From positions 1 to 26,249 of IMG/VR virus record IMGVR_UViG_3300035180_002927: a stretch of 26,249 nucleotides of DNA; one strand, 5' to 3'. Under the pieces are notes generated by a model. It saw nothing but the letters and a program-made list of their open reading frames with translations. It made no database searches and was not told where the DNA came from. This document shows, in pieces, positions 8,080-17,000 of this stretch. Every line of letters begins with the position of its first letter. Position 1 is the stretch's first letter. The position numbers and the translations under genes were made by a program. The stretch comes from a virus (lineage: Duplodnaviria > Caudoviricetes).

Positions 8080-9384
8080 CTAAGACTTTTTAGTACGACC
8101 CAGAAGTTTGCCCAACGGACCATGCTTATCTTGCATAGACTTAAGCTTATCGTGGTCTATGCTTGAAGAGTCAGATCCAATAACGTTCATTTTTGTCAAA
8201 TCATTCTTTTTAATTTCCAGGGCCTGGGCACCTTCATCCCCACGTTGGATGAGAGTTTCCACTCGCTTATGAGGTACGCCCAAACCACTCAAAATAGTAT
8301 ATACAACCAATCCTCGGCCAGCCTCAGAAGCGTCTAAATCATAGATACCTCTATAGATTCCCGCATGGCCAACGATAGAAGTCAAATTGTAAATGGCATA
8401 GTTTATATCTTCTTGCGGGACTGTTGACAAAGTATCAAAGGCACCAGTAATAACAACTCCACCCATAGTTGCTTCTGCTAAATTAAACTCAGAAGCCAGT
8501 AGACCGGCCTTAACGCTTCCCACAACTGTCGCGGCTAAGCTTTCTGCATCTTTATATTCGGACAGCCTAGCTGCCCCATAGACTGTGCAGCCACCCTCTG
8601 TAATAACTTTGGCAAAATCCATACTATCAAAGGAGACAAACCTTGAGGGCTGAGCAGATAGACGATTAAACTGATGAAGAATATTCACTAGGTCCCCATT
8701 GGCCTTTTGCCAAAAAGAAACCGTAGAAAGCGATGGATAGATAGCCTCGATTTTGGCATTATCCACTACAATAAGTGTCGTCAGAATCTTTTCCTTAACT
8801 AGCTTGCTAAGTTTATCTAACACTTTAACTGCATTTGCATGAGTTAAAGCATCCTCATGAGACTGAGGTAAAGTATAAATCATTCCTACGGGGAGATTGT
8901 AGGCGTGCAGGATATTAATAAGCTGCTCGGCTGCACCTGAACCAGTACCACCCCCACCACCCACGCAAACTAAAGCATAGTCTACATCATTACCAAAAGT
9001 CCGCTCAATAAGGTTCTTAACGCTATCCTGATGAGCAGCAAACGCCTCCGCACCAAGCCGAATGTCCTTACCCGCTCCGCCTAAGCCCCATTCCATGCAG
9101 AGCTTACGGTCTTCGGGAAGCTTAATATACTTTAAATCTTGTTTGGCCGTATTAATAGCGCATGAGGGATATCCTAGAGCACCAAAAACTTCAGCTATTC
9201 TAGAGCCACCCTGACCGGCTCCCACGACACCGAAACGAATTGCTAACTCCCCTGTCATTCCCACTTTAACTCCTCTTACTTCTATTGGGGAACCTGTTTT
9301 AACCTCTTTGGCGCTACCCGTACTTTCAATGGTAATTCCGCCTGGAACGTTTTGCAAGGCTTCAACTCTAATTTCATTATCCAT
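8080..9384 (-). CDS. Tubulin/FtsZ-family GTPase (PhuZ/TubZ-like)
   Basis: GAGQGGSRIA (T1), AINT, GAGKD...GAEA, signature GGGTGSG, VVDN, T7-like SFDSMDF. SD AAGGAG. Confidence 0.92.
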   Translation of the reverse strand: MDNEIRVEALQNVPGGITIESTGSAKEVKTGSPIEVRGVKVGMTGELAIRFGVVGAGQGGSRIAEVFGALGYPSCAINTAKQDLKYIKLPEDRKLCMEWGLGGAGKDIRLGAEAFAAHQDSVKNLIERTFGNDVDYALVCVGGGGGTGSGAAEQLINILHAYNLPVGMIYTLPQSHEDALTHANAVKVLDKLSKLVKEKILTTLIVVDNAKIEAIYPSLSTVSFWQKANGDLVNILHQFNRLSAQPSRFVSFDSMDFAKVITEGGCTVYGAARLSEYKDAESLAATVVGSVKAGLLASEFNLAEATMGGVVITGAFDTLSTVPQEDINYAIYNLTSIVGHAGIYRGIYDLDASEAGRGLVVYTILSGLGVPHKRVETLIQRGDEGAQALEIKKNDLTKMNVIGSDSSSIDHDKLKSMQDKHGPLGKLLGRTKKS

Positions 9385-9420
9385 AATTTTCTCCTTATTC
9401 TATGGCTACCTCTCAAGAGG

Positions 9421-9449
9421 AATATAATTTTCAAAATGGAAAAAGTCAA
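9421..9449 (-). promoter_or_regulatory. Sigma70-type promoter for the tubulin-like gene
   Basis: Minus strand TTGACT-N17-TATATT; same hexamers as at 5620-5648. Confidence 0.7.
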
Positions 9450-9755
9450 GCGCTCCCTATGTGACTGACATATATTCTATGTGGTTTGCTTCCAATATTT
9501 TCAAACCATGCTATTTTTTCAGACACTAAGCCTATATTGACGACATAAATGCATTAACTTGTTTGACCAAAAGGTGACCAATCAAACCATAAACACTCAT
9601 CAGTTCAGCCTCCAGACAAAACCCTGCATAGCATACCTAAACGTTGGAGCTCAGAGCTAATAGCTTTTCGGGTATCCCAAGTTAACCATAGCTTCGTACC
9701 AATGGGCCATGCCATCTGTGGACACCTCCAGAGGCAAAATGTTTGTATGGATGCC

Positions 9756-10853
9756 CTACTGATGCACTCCAATGAGACGCCCAATTAATTGCCCCACGCT
9801 GGCAATGTCCATGCCTATATCTCTATATTGGACTATTTTAGTCTGCTCATTAAAAACCTCTCGCATCAAACGGGCGACTGAAGCACAATTAGGATCATCC
9901 CAATGCTGATCAGAAGTATACCATTTAATCCATGGCATTCCACTAACTGGGATCATTCCATTGCTATTCACGGCATAATATTCTGTTTGGTCGAAGAAAT
10001 CCACTACCCCACCATATACAGAGGAAATTATTGGCTTGTTCATTAATATGGCTGTGGCGGCTGACATATTCCATCCCTCACCCCTTGCGGTAGAGACTAA
10101 GCAGTGTCCTGTATTGTGTAAGCAGGCTATATCATCATCAGATATAATTTTTGGTAATAAATACACTGGAGGTAAATCATGAAGAGACTTGCCCTCTGCA
10201 ATCTCGGCTTTGTACCTGCCTATTGTGTTTTTGATTAAATTTATGGAAGAGGGAGAGTCGTCTGCTCCGTAAGCCTTCAAAACTAGCATTACGTTGTCAT
10301 TTTTAGTAAAGGCGCTCCAATAAGCTTGCAACATGCACTTGGGATTTTTTCTTTCTGTCCACTGAAAAATAGAATAGAAAATATACGTTTGTTTATCCAC
10401 TTTAGGTATAAGTATTTTTCTTGTGTGAGTGTGGAGCGACATAGCTTGAGGAACTATACGAATTGGAACTACAACCCCACTATTTAAGCATGCTAAGCGA
10501 TTACTTTCGCACGGAACCCAAATTTCATCCATAGTATTGCAAGCCCGCGTCCAACTTACTGGCAGCTTGTCGGTTTCCCAGAAGAAATAACCAATATTTG
10601 TTTTCCCTGTCTCTTTTGCTCTGGAGAAAAACTCTGGTGTTAATTGAACTATCACATGGCTATATGGGATTTGCGGCTTAATCAACGACACCAGCTCATT
10701 CGGCAAGGGAATTCGCGCCTCTCGCGCTACAAAGCTTCGATTTTCTACCATAATTGGAATTTTGGCAGACAATATAGCTAAAATAGTATTTAAGGAGGCG
10801 CGACCGTATCCCGTATGATCCTGAGGATTACCTATAAATTTAATTCCCTTCAT
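9756..10853 (-). CDS. Glycosyltransferase family 4 (GT-B)
   Basis: TGYGRAS, FWETDKLP..W...CNTMDEIWVP, ERKN, STARGEGWNM. Confidence 0.88.
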   Translation of the reverse strand: MKGIKFIGNPQDHTGYGRASLNTILAILSAKIPIMVENRSFVAREARIPLPNELVSLIKPQIPYSHVIVQLTPEFFSRAKETGKTNIGYFFWETDKLPVSWTRACNTMDEIWVPCESNRLACLNSGVVVPIRIVPQAMSLHTHTRKILIPKVDKQTYIFYSIFQWTERKNPKCMLQAYWSAFTKNDNVMLVLKAYGADDSPSSINLIKNTIGRYKAEIAEGKSLHDLPPVYLLPKIISDDDIACLHNTGHCLVSTARGEGWNMSAATAILMNKPIISSVYGGVVDFFDQTEYYAVNSNGMIPVSGMPWIKWYTSDQHWDDPNCASVARLMREVFNEQTKIVQYRDIGMDIASVGQLIGRLIGVHQ

Positions 10854-12739
10854 AGCAACTCACCATAAAGAGCGGCTTGAGATAAAAAACCCTCTTCTGG
10901 AATATCCTCGATGTTTATCCAGATAGATGCCGCTTGACCAGTAAGATAGATTGGAGAATTACCTGCAACTAGATTAATTAAAATCCTTATTTCGCCATAC
11001 TTTAAATTCTGCACTGGGTATCCCTGCATTGGAATATCTACAATATAATATACTTTCTTTGGCGCCAAAAGACCCAAATAATATCCTAACTTTGTAACTT
11101 CGCTTACGTTGACAACTAACGTAATGGAACTAGCCGCCCTCTTAATAGCCTGCCATTTTTTTGATTCAGCTTGATTAAAATTTTCATAAATAGTTGTTAT
11201 GATTTGAGTAGAGACCTGAGAACCCGTTAATAATATTGGAGATAAATTATCTTTTGCTAATAGGACTTCTGCGTATGAAGCCCTATATTTTGGATCATTA
11301 AAATCATCAAGGGCCAAAAATACCACAATCTCAGATTTGGGATGGCTCCCTAATTCCATCACTGGATCTGGGCTGGGTGGAGAAGTGGAAGAGGAAGGAA
11401 CAATAGATTTCTTGGGAGGAAGTAGTATAACATTCTGTTGTAATATTCTCATTGGAGTCGGGGGAACAGGTAAAATACTTGGCTGAGTAACTACCTCATG
11501 GGTCCCAGGGGAGGTCGACAACGTAGCTTTCTGTCCAGATAAAAGTCTTCTAGCTGCGGCCCTATCAATCTTCCCTGTTTTGGGAATAGAGACAGGGTGG
11601 GTGGATGTTACTACTGAGCTTACTTTAGGAACTGCCCCACGAGAAGAAGGCTTAGATTTAATACCTAAATGCTCATGCATCACATTGTGTAACCCAGTAA
11701 TAATATCTTTCCAATTATATTTCTTAACAGTCTCAAATCCATTTGCAATTTTAGGAATAGTTCCCTCATAATGTTCATACACCAGCCTCATTTGTCGTCC
11801 CAAATCATCCACGTCAGGTTCTCCGATTAAAGCCCCACGTTGGTATTGCCAGTATTGCATTTGATGTGTAGCTTCTACTTCTTTGGTGGCAACCATATAA
11901 GCATTATCATCATTTAGAAAGTCTAAATGACCACCATATGCTGTTGCTATTACTGGTATACCGCAAGCCATAGCCTCTAACGTCGTCATACCAAAGCCTT
12001 CTGAACGACTAGGGGCGACATAAGCGTGGGCAGAATTATATAATGACGCTAGGTTATGATACACCTGATCTATTACCATCAGCTCTGGTAGATCTTTATT
12101 AGGAAACATTGATTTTATTTCGTAAATAGTTTTGTCTATGTCGATCACAAAGCTCTGCGGAGGAGAAGAACGACGAGACGTTTTTAAAATAAGCCTTACT
12201 GGGTCTGAAGCATTAAAATTTTGAAAATAAGCCTTTAAAAGTAGATCTATGCCCTTTCTCACGTGTGGGATAGCACAATATAAAAAGTTAAATTTATCTT
12301 TTGGTATTGACGGAGATATGCCTGGATGAAAAATATTGGTATCAACTCCATATGGCATCACTACTATTTTGTCGGAGATTACGCCATTGTTACGCAGGAT
12401 ATTTGCCGCATAAGTAGAGGCTGGAAATACTAAACTAGCTTGCTGATTGATAGTAGCTGCCCAACCAGAAGGCAATAATGACGACTCATAATTATAAATA
12501 AGAAATTTGGTTTTCTGGGAAATGGAAGGGAGGCGATGCGGGACAGTATACCCTAAAAAGACAGGATCTGTTAGTTGAGTGGAAGCTAGAGACACAATTT
12601 CTGGGGGGACATTTTCCCACCCATTTGTGCTTGAGACTCTAATCCTGTTCCCTAATAATAGTAAATTGGAAATTACATTTCTTGCAACAACCGACCACGA
12701 TGAAATCGAACCAACATAAGCGTTGTACAGAATATCCAT
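10850..12739 (-). CDS. Glycosyltransferase family 4 with Pro/Ser-rich linker and unknown C-terminal domain
   Basis: PYGVD...F.P, RKGIDLLLKAY, PSRSEGFGMTTLEAMACGIPVIAT..GGH.DF. Confidence 0.9.
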   Translation of the reverse strand: MDILYNAYVGSISSWSVVARNVISNLLLLGNRIRVSSTNGWENVPPEIVSLASTQLTDPVFLGYTVPHRLPSISQKTKFLIYNYESSLLPSGWAATINQQASLVFPASTYAANILRNNGVISDKIVVMPYGVDTNIFHPGISPSIPKDKFNFLYCAIPHVRKGIDLLLKAYFQNFNASDPVRLILKTSRRSSPPQSFVIDIDKTIYEIKSMFPNKDLPELMVIDQVYHNLASLYNSAHAYVAPSRSEGFGMTTLEAMACGIPVIATAYGGHLDFLNDDNAYMVATKEVEATHQMQYWQYQRGALIGEPDVDDLGRQMRLVYEHYEGTIPKIANGFETVKKYNWKDIITGLHNVMHEHLGIKSKPSSRGAVPKVSSVVTSTHPVSIPKTGKIDRAAARRLLSGQKATLSTSPGTHEVVTQPSILPVPPTPMRILQQNVILLPPKKSIVPSSSTSPPSPDPVMELGSHPKSEIVVFLALDDFNDPKYRASYAEVLLAKDNLSPILLTGSQVSTQIITTIYENFNQAESKKWQAIKRAASSITLVVNVSEVTKLGYYLGLLAPKKVYYIVDIPMQGYPVQNLKYGEIRILINLVAGNSPIYLTGQAASIWINIEDIPEEGFLSQAALYGELL

Positions 12740-12776
12740 GATCCTTCTCTTTTCTGTCTTATTTTATATCGTATAT

Positions 12777-12833
12777 CTAATTTGGCCCCTATCGATACAA
12801 GTTGGAATGTTATAATTGCCATTGACATCATAA
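12777..12833. repeat. 57-bp direct repeat, copy of 14045-14101 (3' end of the 1222-aa gene)
   Basis: ctaatttggcccctatcgatacaagttgg[a/c]atgttataattgccattgacatcataa, 56/57 identical. Confidence 0.95.
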
Positions 12834-13000
12834 CTGACCTGACGTACTCCCACGGTTAAAACCGTGGGGGTTCTAAAGTTAGATAAGATGAAAAACTACA
12901 TCATCTATTCCAGAGCTTTCTAGGGACATCAGTGTTCCCTTTGCGCGGCGCTCTTTCGCCGCGCAATTGACTATGACAGATGCTTTTGCAATGTTAAATC
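12819..13000 (-). ncRNA. Predicted TnpB omega/reRNA (scaffold from tnpB 3' end and right end; guide is the flank GTCAGTTATGATGTCAATGG); 5' boundary approximate
   Basis: Inferred from the established location of TnpB guide RNAs; the right-end hairpin is visible. Confidence 0.5.
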
Positions 13001-13997
13001 CTGCATTAGCATCTGCATGGTCAAGATGTCCGCAATGCGGACATCTGAAGCTTTTTCCTTTTCTATTTCCTAGCTCTCCACATTTTGAACAAGTCTGGCT
13101 AGTATTAAAAGGATTCACTTCTTCTACAGGTATTCCTTGCAAAAGAGCTTTATATTTTATGAATGATTTCAATTGATAAAAAGCCCAAGAGTTCAAGGAA
13201 TAGCGTTTAGTTGTGTCTTTTATATTTCTTGTTTTGCGTCTAATCCCACTTAAGTCTTCTAGCTTAATTCCACAATTATTTTTAACTGCTTCCTGAACAA
13301 TTGTCCTTGATATTTTATGATTCAAGTCTCTTACTATCCGAGATTCTCTGTTCTTGACTTGTTTTAATTGTCTGTAAGCTTTCTTCTTTTGAAGTTTTTC
13401 TCTAATGCTTTTGTATTTTAAATGAGTATGTTGTGCTTTCTTTCCTAGTTTTAAAACTTTCCCTGTGATAGGATTGGAGATCACGGCGCAATGCGCCGTC
13501 TCATTTAAGTCTATTCCAAGGTATCCTTGAATGTCTTGTTTTGGCGGCTCTGCCGCCGAAATACTAACATAAGCATAAGTATTATCTAGCTCAATTTGAT
13601 TAACCTTGATAAAATCTTGAAACCGATAATTGAGTCTTAACTTAAGACTAGGAATGTAAATCGTCTGATTGGTTTTATCAACTGATATTCCCTGGTTTGG
13701 AATGGTTAGTTTAACGTTCTTAACTTTTTTTGCTTTATGATTTCTTGAGTATTTTCTTAAAATTTGATTTGAGATAATAGACTTTAATCCAAATTGAGAA
13801 ACATCTTTACTTGAAATAGTTCGATATTTTAAAGCGTATTCTGCGACGCTACGCGCCGCAGAAAGCTCTGAAGAAAAATCACGAGAGTGTTTTATTTTAT
13901 ACGTTAAAATCATATATATTATTCAAAAACATTAATAGGCAATAGTTTCCGCAATTCATCCCCAAGTTAAAACTGGGACTTTCTTGTGGAAGGACTC
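12839..13997 (-). mobile_element. IS200/IS605-family element lacking tnpA (tnpB only), target TTAC
   Basis: Left end: TTAC | 15 nt, AAAG, hairpin TCCCAGTTTTAACTTGGGGA. Right end: GAAC, hairpin CCCACGGTTTTAACCGTGGG, AGTACG, TCAG |. The layout matches IS608 ends. Confidence 0.88.
12879..13913 (-). CDS. tnpB: RNA-guided endonuclease TnpB (compact, 344 aa)
   Basis: RuvC-I GIDL, RuvC-II KLEDL, Zn ribbon CSKC..CPHC, RuvC-III HADANA; SQTCS motif. Confidence 0.95.
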   Translation of the reverse strand: MILTYKIKHSRDFSSELSAARSVAEYALKYRTISSKDVSQFGLKSIISNQILRKYSRNHKAKKVKNVKLTIPNQGISVDKTNQTIYIPSLKLRLNYRFQDFIKVNQIELDNTYAYVSISAAEPPKQDIQGYLGIDLNETAHCAVISNPITGKVLKLGKKAQHTHLKYKSIREKLQKKKAYRQLKQVKNRESRIVRDLNHKISRTIVQEAVKNNCGIKLEDLSGIRRKTRNIKDTTKRYSLNSWAFYQLKSFIKYKALLQGIPVEEVNPFNTSQTCSKCGELGNRKGKSFRCPHCGHLDHADANAGFNIAKASVIVNCAAKERRAKGTLMSLESSGIDDVVFHLI

Positions 13998-14016
13998 GTA
14001 ATATACCGCACCTACC

Positions 14017-17000
14017 TCAGGACATCGGGGAAGACGGCGCATAGCTAATTTGGCCCCTATCGATACAAGTTGGCATGTTATAATTGCCATTGACATCATA
14101 AGTGAAGACCGTATAATAATATACTGCACCTGCCTCAAATTGGACAGCGGGAGACGTAGATGACTCAGCAAAAACCGCATCTCCTCCCGAAGAAAGCTTA
14201 TAGAGTTCCCGATAGCCATGTGTAAAGTTATCTACTCCATCAATAATAGCTGAGCTAGTCCCAGGACCAACATTAACTATCGAATTAAGGTTAGGCGTTA
14301 GAACTGAATCATATAAAATATACATTGGGTCGTTCGCGTTAAATGGTTCAACAAAGTTAGTAGCATAACGATGCTGAGATACATAAATCCTTACACCGTA
14401 TAAAGAAGCATCATTCGGATTGACCCACGAAAGAGCCACGCTATCATACTGTGTGCCATGATTGCCACTGGCCTGTTGTAAGATGGACAATTGGCAAATG
14501 GGGCCTGGCGGAAGGGCATTTCCAATACCATATTCTGCCATAGCACATCTATCTGCATAGCTAAAATGGCCAGCGTCGTTATAGGTGAAGAGAGTATAAT
14601 AGTAGATAAGGTTATAAGACATGCCATTGTTACAAGACGCAGCATTAAAACCACGCTCACAGCCAACAAAACCGGCCGAATAAGCGGTGCCTGAATAAGC
14701 ATCTACATAACAAGTGCACTCTTTATTGAGAACCAACTGTTGTCTTGGTACCAGATACAGACTTTGATTATAATACGCCACAATAGGCTTAATATCTGCC
14801 GTAGAGGTCTCGTCTACCACAGACAAGAAAAGTTCTGATGGAGATAAAGTAGAGCTATCTCCTATAGCGATTGAACTACCGACAATATCAATAAATTGCA
14901 ATGAGAAGGCGCCAGATGCCACCGTCGCGGGAGTCGCCGAGTCGTTAGCCCCAATATAGTCAAATAGGGTGTCCATGGGGACCTCTGACCCATTCACTAC
15001 TGTTAAAGGTGTGAGATCGATAGAGTTAGAAGGGACTATTTGGTTTATAGCCCCATTGCGATAATTAGCAATCCACTGTGGTTTAAGCGAAAGCCTGCCA
15101 AATGGCACCGTAGATGTATTTAACATGCTGATTGAGGGAGAGGTTAAAATAGAGGTCGAATCTGCAATATAATTAGATATTGCTTGACCGTTTTCGTAAA
15201 GCGGAGCAGAGGTCACCGCCAAACCAGTCTTAAAGCCCGTACCTGTCTCATTTTTAAGAATTAGTGTTAAGGCCCCAATTTGTGGATGAGTAGAAGCAAA
15301 TCCATCATACACCCTAATACACAAATACAAATACCCAGTTGGAAGATCTTTATAAACAAGTACAGGATCCCAAGGATGTGGATCAGGAAGTGGATCCCAA
15401 GGACGTGAACCCCCAGAGTACATAAGAGCAGACGGACTGCGCGTAGGAGGTGAGGGATTCTTGCTAGGTTCACCAATCTGAGATGGTATAGTGAGGGGGA
15501 GTACAATCTTAATACTATTAGAAGAGACATTCATAGTATCTGCGTTTGCAGCTTGATAATCTCTAAGCAAACTAATCGAACCATTGGCATACACCAAGTC
15601 AACATCAAAACGTGGATGAAGAATTGCCGAGCTTAAATTGAAAGCTGATAGGGTAACATTAAAATCATTGCCAGGAACTACTGAATATTCCACAACACCA
15701 TTTAAACTATTAAGAGTCCCATCGATAGCACTAACTAATTCCATAGGAAGACTTGGAAGGGCCGAGTTGAGCCCCCTTCTTCTTCCAATAATGCCAGCAT
15801 CTGCAGTATCAGAACTACAACATGGGTTAGCTTGTCCGACTGGATCAAAGTTGTAGACGCGCCCATCGGTGGTTGTGAATGTGCGCTCTGACGCGGCAAT
15901 AATAACTCCATCGTCTATAGAGCGAGGATAGTCCTCCGTGGATCGCACTATGACTATTCCCCGATAAGAGGTTGGGTCGACTGGAGGAGTCCACTGTAAC
16001 CTTACCCTTAAGCCCATATTCGCATTGACACAAGCTCCCACTGTTGTAGAGGCATTAAGTGTTCTGGGAACTGAAGTAACGTCCGCGCTAGCAATAACGT
16101 TCTGGGGCATGGGAGGAATAATATTAATCTTTTTTAAGGTGCCAGCATCATCTGCATAAAATAAATACTTCCCCATGTGTGGAGTCGTTAAAGTTATACC
16201 AAAAGCACTATCAAAAACCGAAAGATGATTTCTATCTACACAACCAGTCTTAAATATACTACTGGGGACCCCACCTTCAGAGTTAATGTATATAGGGGCC
16301 AGAGCTAAATCGTTATTAACCTGCGGAACAACTAGATTTGCATTGTATGTGGTAGACACTGCTCTACCTGGGGGTTCGTCTAATACACCATATTTAAGCG
16401 ACTGAGCATGAGGAATAAATACCCTAGCATCTTCAATTTTTATAAGACCAGGAGACCAATTCCCAGCAATTGCAGCTGCATTGATATCGCAAGGCGGCTC
16501 ATATAAACCTTTAATCGTTTTAATGTTTTCATCTGTAACATAAGCTAATACCAACCAGCTGTCACGCTCTGAGCTTGACATTGCGGCCCATAGTTTCTCA
16601 GTAGTTACAGAAACCTCTATGACTTCCGCTGTTGCCGTCGCATTGGGATTACCAGTCCTAGGATTAGGCTGGAATTCCATATCCACTTCGCGAATGCGAG
16701 CGATAACCATATTCCTACCATCGCCACTTTGCCCTACTGCTCCAGCGCTGGCAAGACTTTTAACATGGGCCAAATCTATATTTCCTAAATGATATCTAAC
16801 CAAATTACCATTTGAATCTTGCACGTAAATAGGATTGTTAACGGAAGAACCGGCAATGATACTATCGCCAGGTAAAACCTCTATTGTGTCAGAAAAAATT
16901 TGATAAGCTATTGAATCACCACTATAGTTAATCCACAGACCGGTACTAGGATCAAATTTAGTAACATACCCATCTAGATTGGCTAAATTATTTCCAAAAT

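Noticed and set aside
8080-9384. Bona fide cellular ftsZ
   Set aside because: Lacks the canonical GxxNxDxxD loop and dcw context; the surroundings are phage-like.
9446-9715. Alternative genetic code (stop-codon reassignment)
   Set aside because: Long genes are uninterrupted in code 11, and TAA, TAG and TGA all end genes at sensible positions; the two internal stops here are different codons.
12777-14101. 57-bp repeat as a DGR template/variable repeat pair or as a target-site duplication
   Set aside because: The single mismatch is not at a template adenine on the coding strand, and there is no reverse transcriptase in the window. The homology spans the IS insertion point instead of flanking it, and IS605 elements do not make TSDs.
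13956-14219. 87-aa minus-strand ORF as tnpA
   Set aside because: No HUH/Y1 motifs; it overlaps the structural gene out of frame and crosses the IS left end.
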